Shown piece by piece: positions 62,047 through 64,000 of a stretch of 64,000 bases of DNA. Position 1 is the first letter of the stretch, and the number at the start of each line of letters is the position of its first letter. The notes below the pieces were generated by a model. That model was not told the DNA's origin. It made no database searches and saw only the letters and a program-made list of their open reading frames with translations. This DNA is from Spizellomyces punctatus DAOM BR117 (lineage: Eukaryota), in NCBI GenBank assembly GCA_000182565.2, contig KQ257456.1. One strand, given 5' to 3'. Made by a program: the position numbers and the translations under genes.

Positions 62047-63254
62047 ATGTGCGTGAGACTCGGCGCACACATGCTGCCGATAGGGTGGCTTACTTTTGAA
62101 GCCCTTGATTCGTTCTATCGATCCGGCGAGTCACAGAGTCGCACGTTGTCGTGATTCAGGAGGTCCCTACAAGAATTTTAAGTAAAGTTATTACCGGCAC
62201 CTAGTGTAGCAACTTCTTGGGTTCCAGGATTCGCCTTGCGCCTTGCAACACCTGGTTACTATAACAGTGCGTTTGTAGGACCCGATTTTTCAGAGCTGTT
62301 GTATATTGGTTACTATAATCTCGATTGGATACTTGTCAGGTTACTCCCGGGTACAAAATCGGATACAGATTATTCTACCTTAATCCTCGCCTTTTTATGC
62401 TCCATCGCTTCCCCTCCTTTTCCATGGCTCCCGATTCCCCGCCATAATGTATCACTAAATAAAACATTACTCAGCCGCCGCTTGCCGTCCTTCATTTTTT
62501 GTCTCTTTCATCTCGTCAAACAATCGGTGAGTTTCTTCCGATGCTCCTGCTCCTTGATCTCGTTCGAACTGTCAAGTTTCGCCGACGCGCGCGCCCAGCT
62601 GATTACCTCACACTCAGATAATCGCTGCTCCAGTCACGTGCGTTTGCCTGCGCTCTGAGTCACGCGTTCAATGTCCTAGTCCAGTGACCATATCTCTAAT
62701 CTTACAATACAATAGAATACTCGATGTGACCTGAAAAACACATGACCGCGCACGTGACCGTGATGCGTGTTAAGAGTCGGCACCAGTTTCTTACTTTCTT
62801 TTAACAATGCATTCAACAAAAACAAAGACTAACTTGAATTATATAAGATATACTTACCTGAGTGGGTGAGAGATGTGCCACGACAAGCAAGTTATGCACA
62901 GTAATGCAATCATGCATTTATGTACTCGGCATGCGTGAAGGACTGAATTATATGTAATATAATTTACGATATGGTGCACCCAAAGATGTTCTACGGGATA
63001 AATGCATAATATAAATATAGAGAAGCGCTTCCATATGACATAAGTATCACTACGATATATTTTCTGTATTTTATGGCCTTCTGTCAAGTGCGTTGCGCGC
63101 ACGCCTTTCCACTAGTCCGTGTATGTACAGTAATTGATGCGCGAGTCACGTGGACGCATCTCTTCACATATCGCTTTACCCGCAGTGTCTTGCACTTGTA
63201 GCTTCCTTCGAATCAACCTCATACATTGTATCTTCCTAATGACATTTCCTGAGC

Positions 63255-63767
63255 TTGCGCGCTCAGCGCACGACAACGTACGCTATCTTCAGGACTCGAA
63301 ATTCATTAAGGAGAAACGGACACATCTGTCAAACACCTGCCCTCTTGGCTACAATCTTCCCACCCCCAACCAAGGGCCATGATGCCTTTCATCATCCACC
63401 AAGGCAAGTGATGCTGGATGCATTCACTTTCCCTATCCGCGAGAATGATGCAATTTGGTTACTATACAAGTGGCTGGAGCACGACTATCCAACCGGTGGT
63501 ACATTCAATACAACAAAACCAGAGCAGTTGCCTGATCTTGCACAGGACGCATTGCTTGTGCGGTTCCCTGCATTCTTGAGGCCTTATTCAAGATTCCCTT
63601 ATTATCGTTTGTGGATGTCATGGTTGGAGAACTTTGGAAGGTTCGGAAAAAACATTTATGTAAACCTCAGATTCCTCAGAGATTGTGCCGAAAAGTCTGC
63701 CAAAAAGTACGACCAGAGTCGGGTACAGCAACGTTACAGAATCTTCACATTTGGGCCCCCCAAGTAG
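63255..63767 (+). pseudogene. Protein-like ORF fragment of unknown family
   Basis: C-terminal ~120 aa read like real protein (AIWLLYKWLEHDYPTGG...LRFLRDCAEK); no convincing start. Confidence 0.3.
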
Positions 63768-64000
63768 TATAGTATACGAGCGCTTTGGCTTTTGTTAAGG
63801 GTTGATCTTTGCGTGGCGTTCTTGGGCCATCGCCTGATCAGAAAGAATCAGTCAAATCAGTTGCAGTGATGCAGTAGTCTTTAGCATAGGAATTTAGCCA
63901 AGAATCCTGTATATAAAGAATGTATTCAACAGAGCAAACCAATTTCCATACGTTATCACAATACCATTCTCCCACAGCGCGTGGTCGTCTCCGTGGTCGT

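Noticed and set aside
62236-62658. 140-aa ORF downstream of the fold-back element
   Set aside because: Non-ATG start, no recognisable motif, cannot be linked to the element

Overview
Eukaryotic, intron-containing DNA. The mix of fungal genes (Rga8/Rgd2-like RhoGAP, Ecl1-like, Gag1/DUF4050-like) and cilium-associated or animal-like genes (C19orf44/DUF4614-like, MYCBPAP-like, SCAP) suggests a zoosporic (chytrid-like) fungus; this is an inference. About 23 compact protein-coding genes are visible, including NIC96, SCAP, a BAR-PH-ArfGAP-ANK protein, taspase 1, SYO1, DNA polymerase kappa and PRI1, plus two 100-N assembly gaps. The most unusual structure lies in a gene-free island (~7.9-16.3 kb). 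There an intact tRNA-Pro(CGG) gene is preceded by an alternating A/B array of 53-bp units, each copying the tRNA's first 30 nt and breaking at the anticodon loop, with progressively decayed copies further upstream and degenerate telomere-like tracts on both sides. Other highlights: a tRNA-headed, structured SINE-like element in two copies; a fold-back element carrying a truncated GIY-YIG-like ORF; a 7TM/DUF4395-like fusion gene; and two 4-nt micro-exons in Pol kappa. All family assignments come from recognising motifs by eye, with no database searches, and multi-exon gene boundaries are approximate.
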